Source: Octopus sinensis (lineage: Eukaryota). From it: a DNA stretch of 53,668 nt. The notes beneath the pieces were generated by a model. That model was not told the origin of the DNA. It made no database searches and saw nothing but the letters and a program-made list of their open reading frames with translations. Below, piece by piece: positions 1 through 12,440 of the stretch (positions are counted from its first letter, which is position 1; each line of letters begins with the position of its first letter). The position numbers and the translations under genes were made by a program. The stretch covers positions 1-53,668 of the forward strand of contig NW_021833895.1 of assembly GCF_006345805.1 (NCBI RefSeq), written 5' to 3'.

Positions 1-855
1 GTCAATGTTATTACGATAATAATATTTTTATTCTTTATCCAATCAAATTCACATGTTCGCATTACTGACAAATTGTTATTTTGTCTGTCATTTTGCCTTT
101 TATCATACATTTTATATTATATTATATTATTCTGTTTTACTCTTCTATTATTTTCCTCTTGTCCGTTAGTCGTTTTCTTTCAATATTTTATTCACAGTTT
201 CCCTTTGTGACAACTGTGTCTCTCCTTATTGAATTGCTGGACTGGCAATACATTTATATATTTTTCTTTTTATCAATTTACGCTAAGTTCAATAGCAACT
301 ACCGTCATTTCATATAAACTATTTTGTTCCTTCCTTATATTCTTCTTTGTATTTCCGCCTAAATACACACAAAGAGAGAAAACATATAGAGGCAAGAATA
401 TTCAAATATTTATTCCAATGCACATTACCAATGTGTTTCAAATATTTACATCGATCTTATGTGATACGATGTGTAAGGTTTGTTCCTTTTATGTGTAAAC
501 ACGATTATATGGAAATATGTGCATATTTATGTACGTTTGTATATACGTACGCTTGCTTAGATATGTATATAAGTGTGTAAAGAATATATACATATTATAT
601 ATATAATAATATAATATGTATATAATATACATATTATATATATATATATATACTAAGCAATAAGGGTTTAGCAACGAGTTGCCTTACCACATACCGAATT
701 TAGAAATAGCAGTCAAAGGGTTATAGCTATTTTTTTTTTTTTTTTTTTTTTTTTACTAAAAAGGGAGATCTCAGTAAAAACAGCATTTGGAAGGCAGACC
801 ACAACAGGTAAGAGAGAATGAATTGACTGCAATCTATCATACATTTTTTTAGTTA

Positions 856-960
856 TCCACGGACGTACGTTTCGAAATCAAGTTTTAAGGAAAGCAAAAG
901 ATTAAATATTAAATATTAAATAATTCTATCTTACCGAAACTTCTTTTCTCTCAGCGTAGA
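856..960 (-). ncRNA. Hammerhead ribozyme copy (unit 1), 1-nt deletion in the CUGAAGA box
   Basis: Same layout as 2047-2151, but the core reads CUGA-GA. ACGUACGU-C and stem I are intact. Confidence 0.6.
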
Positions 961-1452
961 ATACTATAATCATAAATGATTAATATTGAATTTTGAGATA
1001 CCAGAAGGAACACCAACTCAACTCAGTATCAGAGCGAGCTAGAATCCGCAACTGGTATCACCGAATTCAATTTGTGATGAAACGATTGTGTCAACAGCCC
1101 CTTCCCACCCGCGTGTAGCCAAAACAAGATGCTGTGGTCATCTACTGAGATAAAATATGGTTATCCGTAATAATGAAGGGTGAAATTAATTAATTTGGAA
1201 AAATTATCAATTACACCAAGTAGTCTTCGCATGTAAAAGCCTCATTCGAGGAAAATTTAAGTAATACTAAGCAATAAGGGTTTAGCAACGAGTTGCCTTA
1301 CCACATACCGAATTTAGAAATAGCAGTCAAAGGGTTATAGCTATTTCTTCTACTAAAAAGGGAGATCTCAGTAAAAACAGCATTTGGAAGGCAGACACAA
1401 ACAGGTAAGAGAGAATGAATTGACTGCAATCTATCATACCTTTTTTTAGTTA

Positions 1453-1558
1453 TCCACGGACTACGTTTCGAAATCAAGTTTTAAGGAAAGCATAAGAATT
1501 AAATATTAAATATTAAATAATTCTATCTTACCGAAACTTCTTTTCTCTTCAGCGTAGA
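1453..1558 (-). ncRNA. Hammerhead ribozyme copy (unit 2), 1-nt deletion in stem III
   Basis: CUGAAGA, GAAAC, GUC and stem I are intact. Stem III reads ACGUAGU. Confidence 0.65.
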
Positions 1559-2046
1559 ATACTATAATCATAAATGATTATATATTGAATTTTGAGATAC
1601 CAGAAGGCACCAACTCAACTCAGTATCAGAGCGAGCTAGAATCCGCAACTGGTATCACCGAATTCAATTTGTGAATGAAACGATTGTGTCAACAGCCCCT
1701 TCCCACCCGCGTGTAGCCAAAACAGATGCTGTGGTCATCTACTGAGATAAAATATGGTTGTCCGTAATAATGAAGGGTGAAATTAATTAATTTGGAAAAA
1801 TTATCAATTACACCAAGTAGTCTTCGGCATGTAAAAGCCTCATTCGAGGAAAATTTAAGTAATACTAAGCAAAAGGGTTTAGCAACGAGTTGCCTTACCA
1901 CATACCGAATTTAGAAATAGCAGTCAAAGGGTTATAGCTATTTCTTCTACTAAAAAGGGAATCTCAGTAAACAGCATTTGGAAGGCAGACACAAACAGGT
2001 AAGAGAGAATGAATTGACTGCAATCTATCATACATTTTTTTAGTTA

Positions 2047-2151
2047 TCCACGGACGTACGTTTCGAAATCAGTTTAAGGAAAGCATAAGAATTAAATATT
2101 AAATATTAAATAATTCTATCTTCCCGAAACTTCTTTTCTCTTCAGCGTAGA
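2047..2151 (-). ncRNA. Type I hammerhead ribozyme, canonical core (unit 3)
   Basis: Minus strand reads UCUACG-CUGAAGA-GAAA...UUUC-GAAAC-GUAC-GUC-CGUGGA. Stem I is 6 bp (UCUACG/CGUGGA), stem II opens GAAA/UUUC, stem III is the palindrome ACGUACGU, and the cleavage triplet is GUC. Confidence 0.8.
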
Positions 2152-2315
2152 ATACTATAATCATAAATGATTATATATTGAATTTTTGATACCAGAAGGC
2201 ACCAACTCAACTCAGTATCAGAGCGAGCTAGAATCCGCAACTGGTATCACCGAATTCAATTTGTGAATGAAATATATATATTATCAATATATATAAATAG
2301 ATATAAGTATATTAT

Positions 2316-2618
2316 GTTTGTTCTTTCTCGAGCCACGCCAGGCTCGTAAGGGCCGGTTTCCCGGTTTCCTTGGCGTATAGGTTCCCCACCTGGACGGAAC
2401 AGCCGGTCTGGCGCAGGTGAGCTGCAAGATGCAGGAGGAAAGAGTGAGAGAAAGTTGTGGCGAAAGAGTCAGCAGAAGTTCGCACTTACCATCTGCCGGA
2501 GCCGCATGGAGCTTAGGTGTTTCGCTCATAAACACACATATCGTCTGATATTATATACGAATCCGCGATCCCTCGACCGCGAGTAAGCTACACTAGCCAC
2601 TACGCCATGTGCCTCCAC
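2316..2618 (-). mobile_element. tRNA-derived SINE, family C, with 13-bp TSD
   Basis: tRNA-like head on the minus strand (TGGCGTAGTGGC A-box). TSD ataagtatattat at 2303-2315 and 2619-2631. Homologous to 43864-44148. Confidence 0.85.
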
Positions 2619-2649
2619 ATAAGTATATTATATATACATATATATATAC

Positions 2650-3297
2650 AGTATATACACGAAGACACCACTAAAAGTAGAAGTCAAAAATACTTACGTC
2701 CCACAGAATAATAACAAATCTACTACAGGCATTGTAGACTTTGGCTAAAGAGAAACATGTACCTATTTGGAGCTAATTTCGAAACCGGTTCTATGTTGAC
2801 CAGTATAGCTTGTGCTGACCTAGCAGAGGTAAGAAGTTTTTATGTTCCCTGGAATTTTTTCTGCCATGCCTGTAATAGATTTTTGACTATTCTCTGGCAC
2901 AGTAGTATTTTTTACTTCAATTTGTAGCGATGTAGGATCTCATGTGCTGCCTTAGTCTGTTATATATATATACATATATATATATAGTATATACACGAAG
3001 ACACCACTAAAAGTAGAAGTCAAAAATACTTACGTCCCACAGAATAATAACAAATCTACTACAGGCATTGTAGACTTTGGCTAAAGAGAAACATGTACCT
3101 ATTTGGAGCTAATTTCGAAAACGGTTCTATGTTGACCAGTATAGCTTGTGCTGACCTAGCAGAGGTAAGAAGTTTATGTTCCCTGGAATTTTTTCTGCCA
3201 TGCCTGTAATAGATTTTTGACTATTCTCTGGCACAGTAGTATTTTTTACTTCAATTTGTAGCGATGTAGGATCTCATGTGCTTGCCTTAGTCTGTTA
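2650..3297 (+). repeat. Direct tandem duplication (336-bp period) with a degenerate hammerhead-like motif
   Basis: 2650-2962 is nearly identical to 2986-3297, separated by (TA)n. Copy 1 has CTAAAGA-GAAA...TTTC-GAAACCGGTT (2745-2790); copy 2 reads GAAAACGGTT. Confidence 0.85.
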
Positions 3298-3316
3298 TAT
3301 ATTATACATATATATA

Positions 3317-3368
<52 letters not shown>

Positions 3369-3510
3369 TAAATTAGAGACAAAACCACTATTAGGCAAAT
3401 CAAACAATGAAAAACTTAAGCCAATACAAATCCCTAATATTTATTATTATATATATATATATATATATACATATAAACATATATAACATACACACCACAC
3501 ACACACACAC

Positions 3511-3574
<64 letters not shown>

Positions 3575-4755
3575 TACATATTTATATTGTATATATATAT
3601 TTTATTAATTTGCCTGTAAATGTTTACATCTTTTTCAATATAGTGTAATTAAAGAGCAAATATTAATAAAAAGAGAAGAACTGGGTGTCAGAGAAAATAG
3701 TGACAGAGAAAGCTCTGCATTGCGCTTGCGCGTGAGCGTTAGATTAAGCAAAAAATACAAATCTTTCAGACAAAAAAAAAATACGAGTTGTCAGGAATAG
3801 AGAAATCACACATAGCCGCAACAACTAAAACTCCCAAATACCTAATCTGTCTACTTTATCAATGTGAAAACACGAATAACTAAAATAAAAAATGTTTATT
3901 AAGAAATACAAACTATACTAAACAGGCTAAAAAAATATCAATAATGTACGATTCACTATTTATGGTTCTTTAAAAATTACTGCTGATAGAAACCGTCTTA
4001 TAACTCCATTTTAATTTCATTAATAATAAATTAAGTTTGGGGTGCAACAAATTTTATCTACCTTCCTTCCATTTTCACAAGTGTATGTGTGTGTGACATT
4101 GTTTATTGTAAATCAGAAGCTCAAGCGTGTGTGTCCATGCACAAAAGCACACACACACACAATCTTTTCGTTCTTTTCAACCTTACTTTCTCTGTCACCA
4201 TCCCTTGTCATGTGATGTGTTGTTATATATTTATATCCATTTTATTCATATTACCTTATCTTCCGTTTATCATTCTAAGTGATTTGTTTTTTTCATATCC
4301 TATATAAAACATACCTCTATTTGAATATGGCTTTTACCATGATAGATTCTTGCTTTCTATAGAATCGGAGTGTATTGTGATGCCCCGCAAAGCACAATTA
4401 TCCACGTACATCTCTGGCGATTATATCTAAACAATTCGCTTTGCGATCATCGTTTGTCGAGAAAAAGCTTGCCTACGTTTAATGTAAACAACTCTCCAGT
4501 CATATATGGTACATTCCTATTTATTATTACTATTATTAAAGCGGTAGATTGAGAGAAACATAAGGAACTCTAAAATAATATTTAGCTGTTCTTTACATTC
4601 TGAGTTCAAACAGAGTCAACATAGTTTTGATGTTTCGGGACAGAAAATATAAAGTACCATTGAAACAGTGGGAGCAATGTCATCGACAAAAAGCTCCGCA
4701 CAAAAATACCGATCTTGCGATTAAATCAGAAACCATTATTATTAGCATCATTTAA

Positions 4756-5071
4756 GGCGGCGAGCTGTCAGAATCGTTAGCATATCCGGCGAAATGCTGA
4801 ACGGTATTTCCGCCGAGGTCGACTTTGCCTTTCATCCTTCCGGGGTCGATTAAATAAGTACCAGTTACGTACTGGGGTCGATGTAATTGACTTAATACCT
4901 ATGTCCGTCCTTGTTTGTCCCCTCTATGTTTAGCCCCTTGTGGGTAATAAAGAAATAGGTATTTCGTCCATCGTTATGTTCTCAGTTCAAATTCTGCCGG
5001 GGTCGATTTTGCCTTTCATACACTCGGGGTCGATAAAGTAAGTACCAATTGAGCATTAGGGTCGATGTAAC
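4756..5071 (+). mobile_element. SINE family A (tRNA-like head plus repeated body), internally deleted
   Basis: Head ggcggcgagctgtcagaatcgttagc. Body gccgaggtcgactttgcctttcatccttccggggtcgat is shared with 11148, 14835, 28032 and 37038. Confidence 0.8.
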
Positions 5072-5209
5072 CACTTACACTTCCCCAGAATTGGTTGGTA
5101 TTTTGACAAGGTTTAAAATCATTATTATTATTGTTGTTGTTTTTGTTGTTGTTGTTGTTGCTGTTATTATTATTATTATTATTATTATTATCATTATATT
5201 ATTATTATT

Positions 5210-5334
5210 GAGTGAGAGAGCAGTGCATGCCATGAAAGTGACACTGGGGTAAAATATACGAAGCTCAGTATACCCATAATGACTACCTGTCTGATAAGGC
5301 TACACCAGGAACATGCATGACGACCATATGCGCA
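5210..5334 (-). mobile_element. 3' fragment of family D element with (TAA)n tail
   Basis: Matches 13119-13240 and abuts (ATT)n at 5164-5209. Confidence 0.8.
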
Positions 5335-5561
5335 TCCAGTCTCAGTGGTTGCGTAGGACGTCGGGGACAAGAAACAGGAAGAAAGACTGAGAGAAAGTTG
5401 GAGCGAAAGAGTACAACAGTGGTCGCCACCACGCCCTGCTGGAGCATCGAGGAGTTTTACGTGTTTTCGCTCAATAAACACACACAACGCCGTCTGGGAA
5501 TCGAAACCGCGATCTTCCGACCGCGTGCCCGCTGCCCTAACCACTGGGCCATTGCGCCTCC
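5335..5561 (-). mobile_element. tRNA-derived SINE, family C variant
   Basis: Minus-strand head GGAGGCGCAATGGCCCAGTGGTTAGGGCAGCGG...GGTTTCGATTCCC, matching 19433. Confidence 0.8.
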
Positions 5562-6013
5562 TAACGTTGTTGTTAATGTTTATAGTGGCAGGTAGCTATA
5601 ACAACCACTATGCTAATAGTAATTTTAGTGATGATGATGATGATGATGATGATGACCATGACAATGATGATGATGGTTATGATGACGACTATCATGACAA
5701 CGGTAACTCTGGCCATGATGTTGATGGTCATAATTACAGCGATGCTGAACAAAACAACGACCATGCTGAAGAGAAAATGATATACACGAGAAGGAGCGGT
5801 ATCATCAGTAGGTCTGTCATATATTCTGAAGAACCATATATATATAATTCCTTTGTCTTAGGAATTATATATTGTGTAAAACAAAGGCACACAAAAGGCG
5901 TGAGAGAGAGATGGACAGGCAGAAAGACGAGGGTGTGGAGAAGAGAGATAAAAGAAAATCATATAACAAATAAAATGGGGGAAGAGTAAGAGAAGAAAAG
6001 TTGTGGGGGTGGC

Positions 6014-6034
6014 TAGATAGATAGATAGATAAAT

Positions 6035-6067
<33 letters not shown>

Positions 6068-6141
6068 CATACATACATGCATGCATGCATACATACGTAC
6101 ATACATAACATACATACATAGATACATACATACATACATAC

Positions 6142-6172
<31 letters not shown>

Positions 6173-6345
6173 CATACATACATACATACATGCATGCACA
6201 CATACATACATGCATGCATACATACGTACATACATACATACATGCATGTATGCATGCATGCATACATACATACATACATAACATACATAACATACATACA
6301 TACATACATACATACATACATACATACATACATACATACATACGT
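6014..6345. repeat. Compound (GATA)n/(GA)n/(TACA)n microsatellite
   Basis: Directly visible. Source of the MYVC/HTYI pseudo-ORFs. Confidence 0.95.
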
Positions 6346-6934
6346 AGATACACACATACATATACAAAAGACGTATATACATGTATGTATAGGTCTGAAG
6401 ATAGACAAAGGGAACGATAGGAAGATATATATTGGTAAATAAACATATACATGTTTAGGAAAAAGACGAATATATATTTGGGTGCGTGCGCGTCTGTCTG
6501 TATTTATGCATATAGCGACACACAGACACACACACACATTCCTAGGTATGTATGTATGGATGGCAATAAATTGCGAGGTAGAAAGAGTTACATTCAACTA
6601 GAGACCAATACGGACATACACATACCAAATATCTATGTATGTATATATATATATATTTATATATATATACATAGCTAGGGAGCCATTACAACACTATAAA
6701 GGAGAATGGATTGAGTGTATTTTATGTGTGTGCGTGTGTGTGTGTGTGTGTGTGTGAGTCGGTCCATGCGCCTATGTATGTAGATTGTGTGATATAAGCA
6801 CAGATATATTTTCATTGATATGGAAATAGGTAGGAAGAGGAATAGACAGATATAAAGAGAAAAAGACAGACAGACAGACGGTACGGAATAGAGACAGACA
6901 GTCGAATGGGTACATACATAGATATTTGTACAAG

Positions 6935-7247
6935 GTAGATAGATAGATAGATAGATAGATAGATACATACATACATACATACATACATACATACATACAT
7001 ACATACATACATACATAGAGATAGACAGATAGATAGATATATGGATAGATAGACAGATAGATAAAAGGAGACAGAGAAAGGTAGAGAGAATGAGAGACAC
7101 AGATCGACAGTCAGGTAGGGAGACATATAGAAAGACAGACAGACAGACAGACAGACAGGCAGATAGACAGACATACAATTAGACAGATAGACAGACAGGT
7201 AGATACACAGCTAGCTGGCTAGATAGATAGATAGATAGATAAATAGC

Positions 7248-7336
<89 letters not shown>
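6935..7336. repeat. (GATA)n/(TACA)n/(GACA)n microsatellite cluster
   Basis: Directly visible. Confidence 0.95.
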
Positions 7337-8496
7337 GCATACGTACAAATGATATTCGAAGAGGCAGAAGTCGATATACACTGGTAAATTGTAAGCAAGG
7401 AACTAATTGGAAGTCAGTACTGAAGAAATCACCTTTTCTTTTCTTTGAATGGAACTACACTGCCAATTATGTCACTTTGAAGTCACGCCAATGCTGTTCT
7501 GAATCTCTACCACACCGCCCCAAACCGCCCCTTGAGAAGCCCAAAGCACCAAAACTTCTAAACTAAAACTACATTAACTCTTTCAGTCAACAACCCTTCC
7601 ATTTCTAACATCATTTAACCAACATCAAATATTAACAACATGGCCGCCGTTATTTGTTATGAAGACTACACTAAGCAACAGTTACTGAAGCTGCTTCAGT
7701 TGTTGCTTGTCTTACTACTGCTGTTAAAAATATTATACAGATAACGTCACCACCAACGTATTCAACGATGTATTAAACAAAGCGATCCTTTGCATTAGTG
7801 AACGAAGAAGAATTTTATGGTTTTGCTCTTATTTACTTCGCTCAGTAACTAAATCTCTTTCAAATTACGCAGATTATTATACATTATCTAATACACTCCT
7901 CTGTACATGCCTAAATAACTAGGATTGTTTAGTATATCTAGTACTATACATTATACGTAGGACTTAACATCTAGACATCACAGGAGTAATGTTCTGAAGT
8001 ATCATTGTTTATAATGTCAACTGCGTGCGTCATTTGTGCAGTCAATCAGTTTGTAATTCGAATATTTGCTTAAACAAAGTGTAAAGGTTCTTTTTTTCTT
8101 CCTTTGTATTCAAGATGCCAAAAACTATATTTAATAACGTAAACTTCTCGATTGTATAAAACAACAGTCTCTACCAAGAATCATGTATGATTTTACCTTA
8201 ACAATGCTATTTGTTTTTTTATCATGAATTAACTTCACTAACTTTCTGAGATACCAAATTCATCTTGTCTATGACTTTACACATGACTAATCGGGTATGT
8301 TAAGTGTATCATGTTTTATATGTATTTTATACTAAATTTAAATATATAGGGTGGATGAAAAATAAATATGCATTAGAAATTACTTATAGAATTTTTAGTA
8401 TCGCTGAAGTCTTGACGAAAACATTTTTCAAGCAGACAACACTAATGGGGATTTCTTATTTTCTTATTGTCTTATCTATTATTTCCTATTTTCCAG

Positions 8497-9126
8497 ATGG
8501 CCATCGCTTCACTGTTTAGGAGCCAGCTAAGATTGCAGCACGCTATGAAGTGTGGAATTCCATTGTTTTGGTTCAGAGATGGTGACGTGCATGGAAAGGT
8601 AAGCATGTCACATTACGTCTGGAAACAATAAAATGTTGTCATGCAAAGCTTATGACCACGGGCTCTGTGAACGATGCAAGAAGTGGCCGTCCAACCACAT
8701 CCTGATCAGCAGAGAACGTGGCAACAGTTCAGGAAATGTTTAGTCGCCGCCTACAAAAGAAACAAAACGTCAAGCAGCTCGTGAAATTGGACTAACAAGA
8801 CACATAATACGTACGGTGTTGCATAAAGAATTGAATTTCCGTCCGTGGAAACCCCATTACGTGCAGGAGCTAAAACTTGAAGACTGTGACCGCTGAAGAC
8901 CAGAAGTTCAGGTCTCCAAGAACCGATCTCACTCCAGGTGATTTTTATCTGTGGTGTTACACATAAGAGGTGTACAAGACAAAACCCCGCACACTGGAGG
9001 ATTTGGAGACACGGATTCAGGAGGTTCTCAATGATATCCTTAGACGACGTCCTTCAGAAGGTTGTTTATTCCATCAGTGGTCGTTTGAGGAGACTGGTTG
9101 ACGCCAGCGGTGTTTACGTTGAAATA
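8497..9126 (+). pseudogene. Decayed, internally deleted Tc1/mariner-superfamily transposase (maT/DD37D-like)
   Basis: Hand translation gives an N-terminal HTH-like part (GSVNDARSGRP...AAREIGLTRHIIRTVLHKELNFRPWKPHYVQEL) joined directly to a C-terminal part (DLTPGDFYLWC...VYKTKPRTLEDLETRI). It has stops and frameshifts, and most of the DDD core is missing. Confidence 0.8.
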
Positions 9127-9283
9127 TTTTTTTTCCGTATAATAAAGAACATGTATTATTTTTTTCAATAAATTTGTAAAAGGAATATGGATTTTATTAC
9201 CTTTTTTTTATGCCAATTTCCTTCTCCCCCCCCCGCCCGTTATATAGACAGTGTAGTGTCCTCTTCCGCTTTTACATTAGTTG

Positions 9284-9688
9284 TAGCTGTGTGGTAAGTA
9301 GCTTGCTTACCAACCACATGGTTCCGGGTTCAGTCCCACTGCGTGGCACCTTGGGCAAGTGTCTTCTGCTATAGCCTCGGGCTGACCAAAGCCTTGTGAA
9401 TGGATTTGGTAGATGGAAACTGAAAGAAGCCTGTCGTATATATGTATATATATATATATGCGTGTGTATGTTTGTGTGTCTGTGTTTGTCCCCCCTAGCA
9501 TTGCTTGACAACCGATGCTGTTGTGTTTATGTCCCCGTCACTTAGCGGTTCGGCAAAAGAGACTGATTGAATAAGTACTGGGCTTACAAAGAATAAGTCC
9601 TGGGGTCGAGTTGCTCGATTAAAAGGCGGTGCTCCAGCATGGCCGCAGTCAAATGACTGAAACAAGTAAAAGAGTAAAAGAGTAAAAG
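9284..9688 (+). mobile_element. tRNA-derived SINE, family B, with internal (TA)n(TG)n and (GAGTAAAA)n tail
   Basis: Head gctgtgtggtaagtagcttgc...ggttcagtcccactgcg. Homologous to 27849, 41727, 42607 and 52590. Confidence 0.9.
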
Positions 9689-10040
9689 AAAGTAGAAAGA
9701 AATGGGTATTTTCACCCCCTGATCAGAAGGTGACAAAAACGTTGCTAGGAGCCGAACCCGTACCATTCATATCCCCGCTAAGTAATGTAGCACTAAGCTA
9801 AACGGCCCGCTGACAACAAAATTCGTCAATTTTAAAGTTGAATAATAGCTTTTGGAAGGCGACAACATTTTATAAACACATATTTGGAAGTGCCAAATGT
9901 GTTTGTTATTTTACAGACATAAAAGTAAACTTCGAACTCTCGATAACAGCAGTGAGAACAGTAGATAGATTGGGTATTTTTACCCTTTATATATACATAC
10001 ATATATATATATGTATATATATATGTGTGTGTGTGTGTAC

Positions 10041-10091
<51 letters not shown>

Positions 10092-10675
10092 ATTTTATAT
10101 ATGTGTATATAAGTGTGTATATATATGAATATATATATGTGTGTGTGTGTGTGTAATTGTCATATATATGTAGGTATACATGTATATATTATATATATAT
10201 ATATACATGCATGTGTATATATATATAGTAGAGGCGCGTGGCTTAGTGGTTAGGGTGTCAGCATCATGATCGTAAGATTGTGGTTTCGATGGATACCATT
10301 GGTTTCGTGCTGAAAATTGTCAGTAAGTATTACGTCTTTCACATTGGTAGTTGTTCTTCGATTCCATCGACATGTAACAACGTCCCCATGTGGCAAGCCT
10401 TATAAACCTCTGAGAATTCTCGGCATGGAACCAACGGTAGCTTTCTTAATCCACAAACAAAGACTGTTTATTCACAAATGTGGCGTTGAACACACATTAT
10501 AACTGTTTAATATTAGCACATATATATATATATATATGTGTGTGTGTGTATGTGTGCGTGCGTGTGGTGTGTGTGGTGTGTGTGTCTATCTCCTAGCTGC
10601 AGAGTTATTACATTGAAGTTGTGTATATTTACATAGAAAGGCCTTCCATAGAGATTCTGTCCTTCAAAATCACTC

Positions 10676-10804
10676 ACAAGGTTTTTGTTTACCTAGGCCT
10701 ATCATAGAAACTACTTGCCCAAGCTGCCACAAGCAATGGGACTGAACTTGAAACCATATCTTTGCAAAGCGTGTTTCTTAACCACACAACCACGGCCGCG
10801 CCTA
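10676..10804 (-). mobile_element. Old degenerate family B head
   Basis: acttgcccaag...gggactgaac...ttaaccacacaaccacggccgcgcctat aligns with the reverse complement of the family B 5' end. Confidence 0.6.
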
Positions 10805-11147
10805 TAAAAAGCCATCATCTGAGGAAAATGCATTAGATCCCACCGAGAGTTAAACATGGACAACTGGTTTCAGAGTGCAGAGATTTAATCATTACGCGAA
10901 GAAACTAACACCTATATGTCGTAATATTTCCTACAGTGCGCGTTATAACTGATGTTGACTGCTTAACGCCCTTATTTATGTACAAAGTGTTCCTTCGTTT
11001 AGATTTCGACTGAGGTGTAGTTTGCCAGTGTTGAAATTTAATACTATATTTAGAAAATATACTACATCTAAGTATGTGTTGGTGTTTTTACTCTACGTCC
11101 ATAAAAATACTAGCAGGTAATTTTATATGTTTTTCTATATCATACCT

Positions 11148-11561
11148 ATTTCTTTACTACCCACAAAGGGCTAAACACAGAGAGAACAAACAAGGACAGA
11201 CAAACGGATTAAGTCGATTATATCGACCCCAGTGCGTAACTAGTACTTATTTAATCGACTCCGAAAGGATGAAAGCAAAGACGACCTCGGCGGATTTTGA
11301 ACTCAGAACGTAACAGCAGACGAAATACTTATTTCTTTACTACCCACAAGGGGCTAAACATAGAGAGGACAAACAAGGACAGACAAACGGATTAAGTCGA
11401 TTATAACGACCCCAGTGCGTAACTGGTACTTATTTAATCGACCCCGAAAGGATGAAAGGGAAACTCGACCTCGGCGGAATTTGAACTCAGAACGTAACGG
11501 CAGACGAAGTACCGGTAAGCATTTCGCCCGGCGTGCTAACGATTCTGCCAGTTTGCCACCT
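11148..11561 (-). mobile_element. SINE family A with two body units and a 20-bp TSD
   Basis: TSD tgtttttctatatcatacct at 11128-11147 and 11562-11581. Confidence 0.92.
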
Positions 11562-12360
11562 TGTTTTTCTATATCATACCTTTAATGACCCTGTATACGG
11601 TAAGTTGCCCTCTTCTTAAACCTATCCGGTGCAAGCTTGTTCAATTTGAATATAGTATTGATTTTCAAATCCGGCAGATGCGTGAATGGGTAACTAAAAG
11701 AAGTTTATGTCCCTAATGTATGTAATTCAAATGGAAAATTCCAAGAAAAGAATAAAGATGATTATTTCTTCTGCAAGTTAATGAGTTTTACTTTCGACTC
11801 GTAAATTATCGTTTTTAACCCGTAAAACTCTTACATAACATACACGTGTGATGCACGCAAACGAGAATAGCCTGCCAAATAAATGCACGCTGGTGGCATG
11901 TTCAGTTTTTATTATTAGTATTATTGTCTTTTACGAATTTTCAGCACAGGAGGAAGATTTGTTGCCCGAGGAAAGGAGAATTTGCTGAAACGTCGAGCAG
12001 AAATGCAAAGGGCATGAGCTAAATAAGTATGTAATATATATGTGTGTATGTATTGTTTTTGCGTGTGTATGTGTTTCAATATCTATGCATGTATATATGC
12101 ATCTTTAAGGGCCTAGCTTAATACATATATAAACATATATGTGTGTTCTGTGTGTATATGTGTGTCTGTAAGTATCTATTAATGTACGTATGCATATATA
12201 AGTATACACACATGCTATGTTTGTCTGTACGTGCGTGCGCGTATTAAGAAGTTTTGTGTTTTTCTGTATAAAGTAACAAAAGCGTTCGAAAACAGTAGGA
12301 TGCTGTCACTATGAGCACACACCACACATAATAACATGGACTACAATATTCATTGAAGAA

Positions 12361-12440
12361 TATTCCTGCCTCACCATAGAAACTCTATTAAATGTTTCTA
12401 TATTCCTGCCTCACCATAGAAACTCTATCAAATGTTTCTA
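12361..12440. repeat. 40-bp tandem duplication
   Basis: tattcctgcctcaccatagaaactctatYaaatgtttcta occurs twice with one mismatch. Confidence 0.95.

Larger units (their letters stand above)
651..2272 (-). repeat. Tandem array of ~600-bp units (about 2.7 copies), each carrying a hammerhead ribozyme on the minus strand; retrozyme or Penelope pseudo-LTR-like
   Basis: Units start with tactaagca at 651, 1265 and 1863 (periods 614 and 598). They differ mainly by 1-bp indels and one poly-T expansion. The third unit is truncated at 2272 into (TA)n. Confidence 0.9.

Noticed and set aside
5525-7178. Long ORFs of 100-195 aa (MYVC..., HTYI..., poly-D)
   Set aside because: They are translations of (TACA)n, (GATA)n and (GAT)n repeats, which lack stops in some frames.
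8347-9243. TIR pair around the maT-like remnant
   Set aside because: The left (tagggtggatg) and right (cccgcccgtta) ends match too poorly to call, so only the coding remnant is reported.
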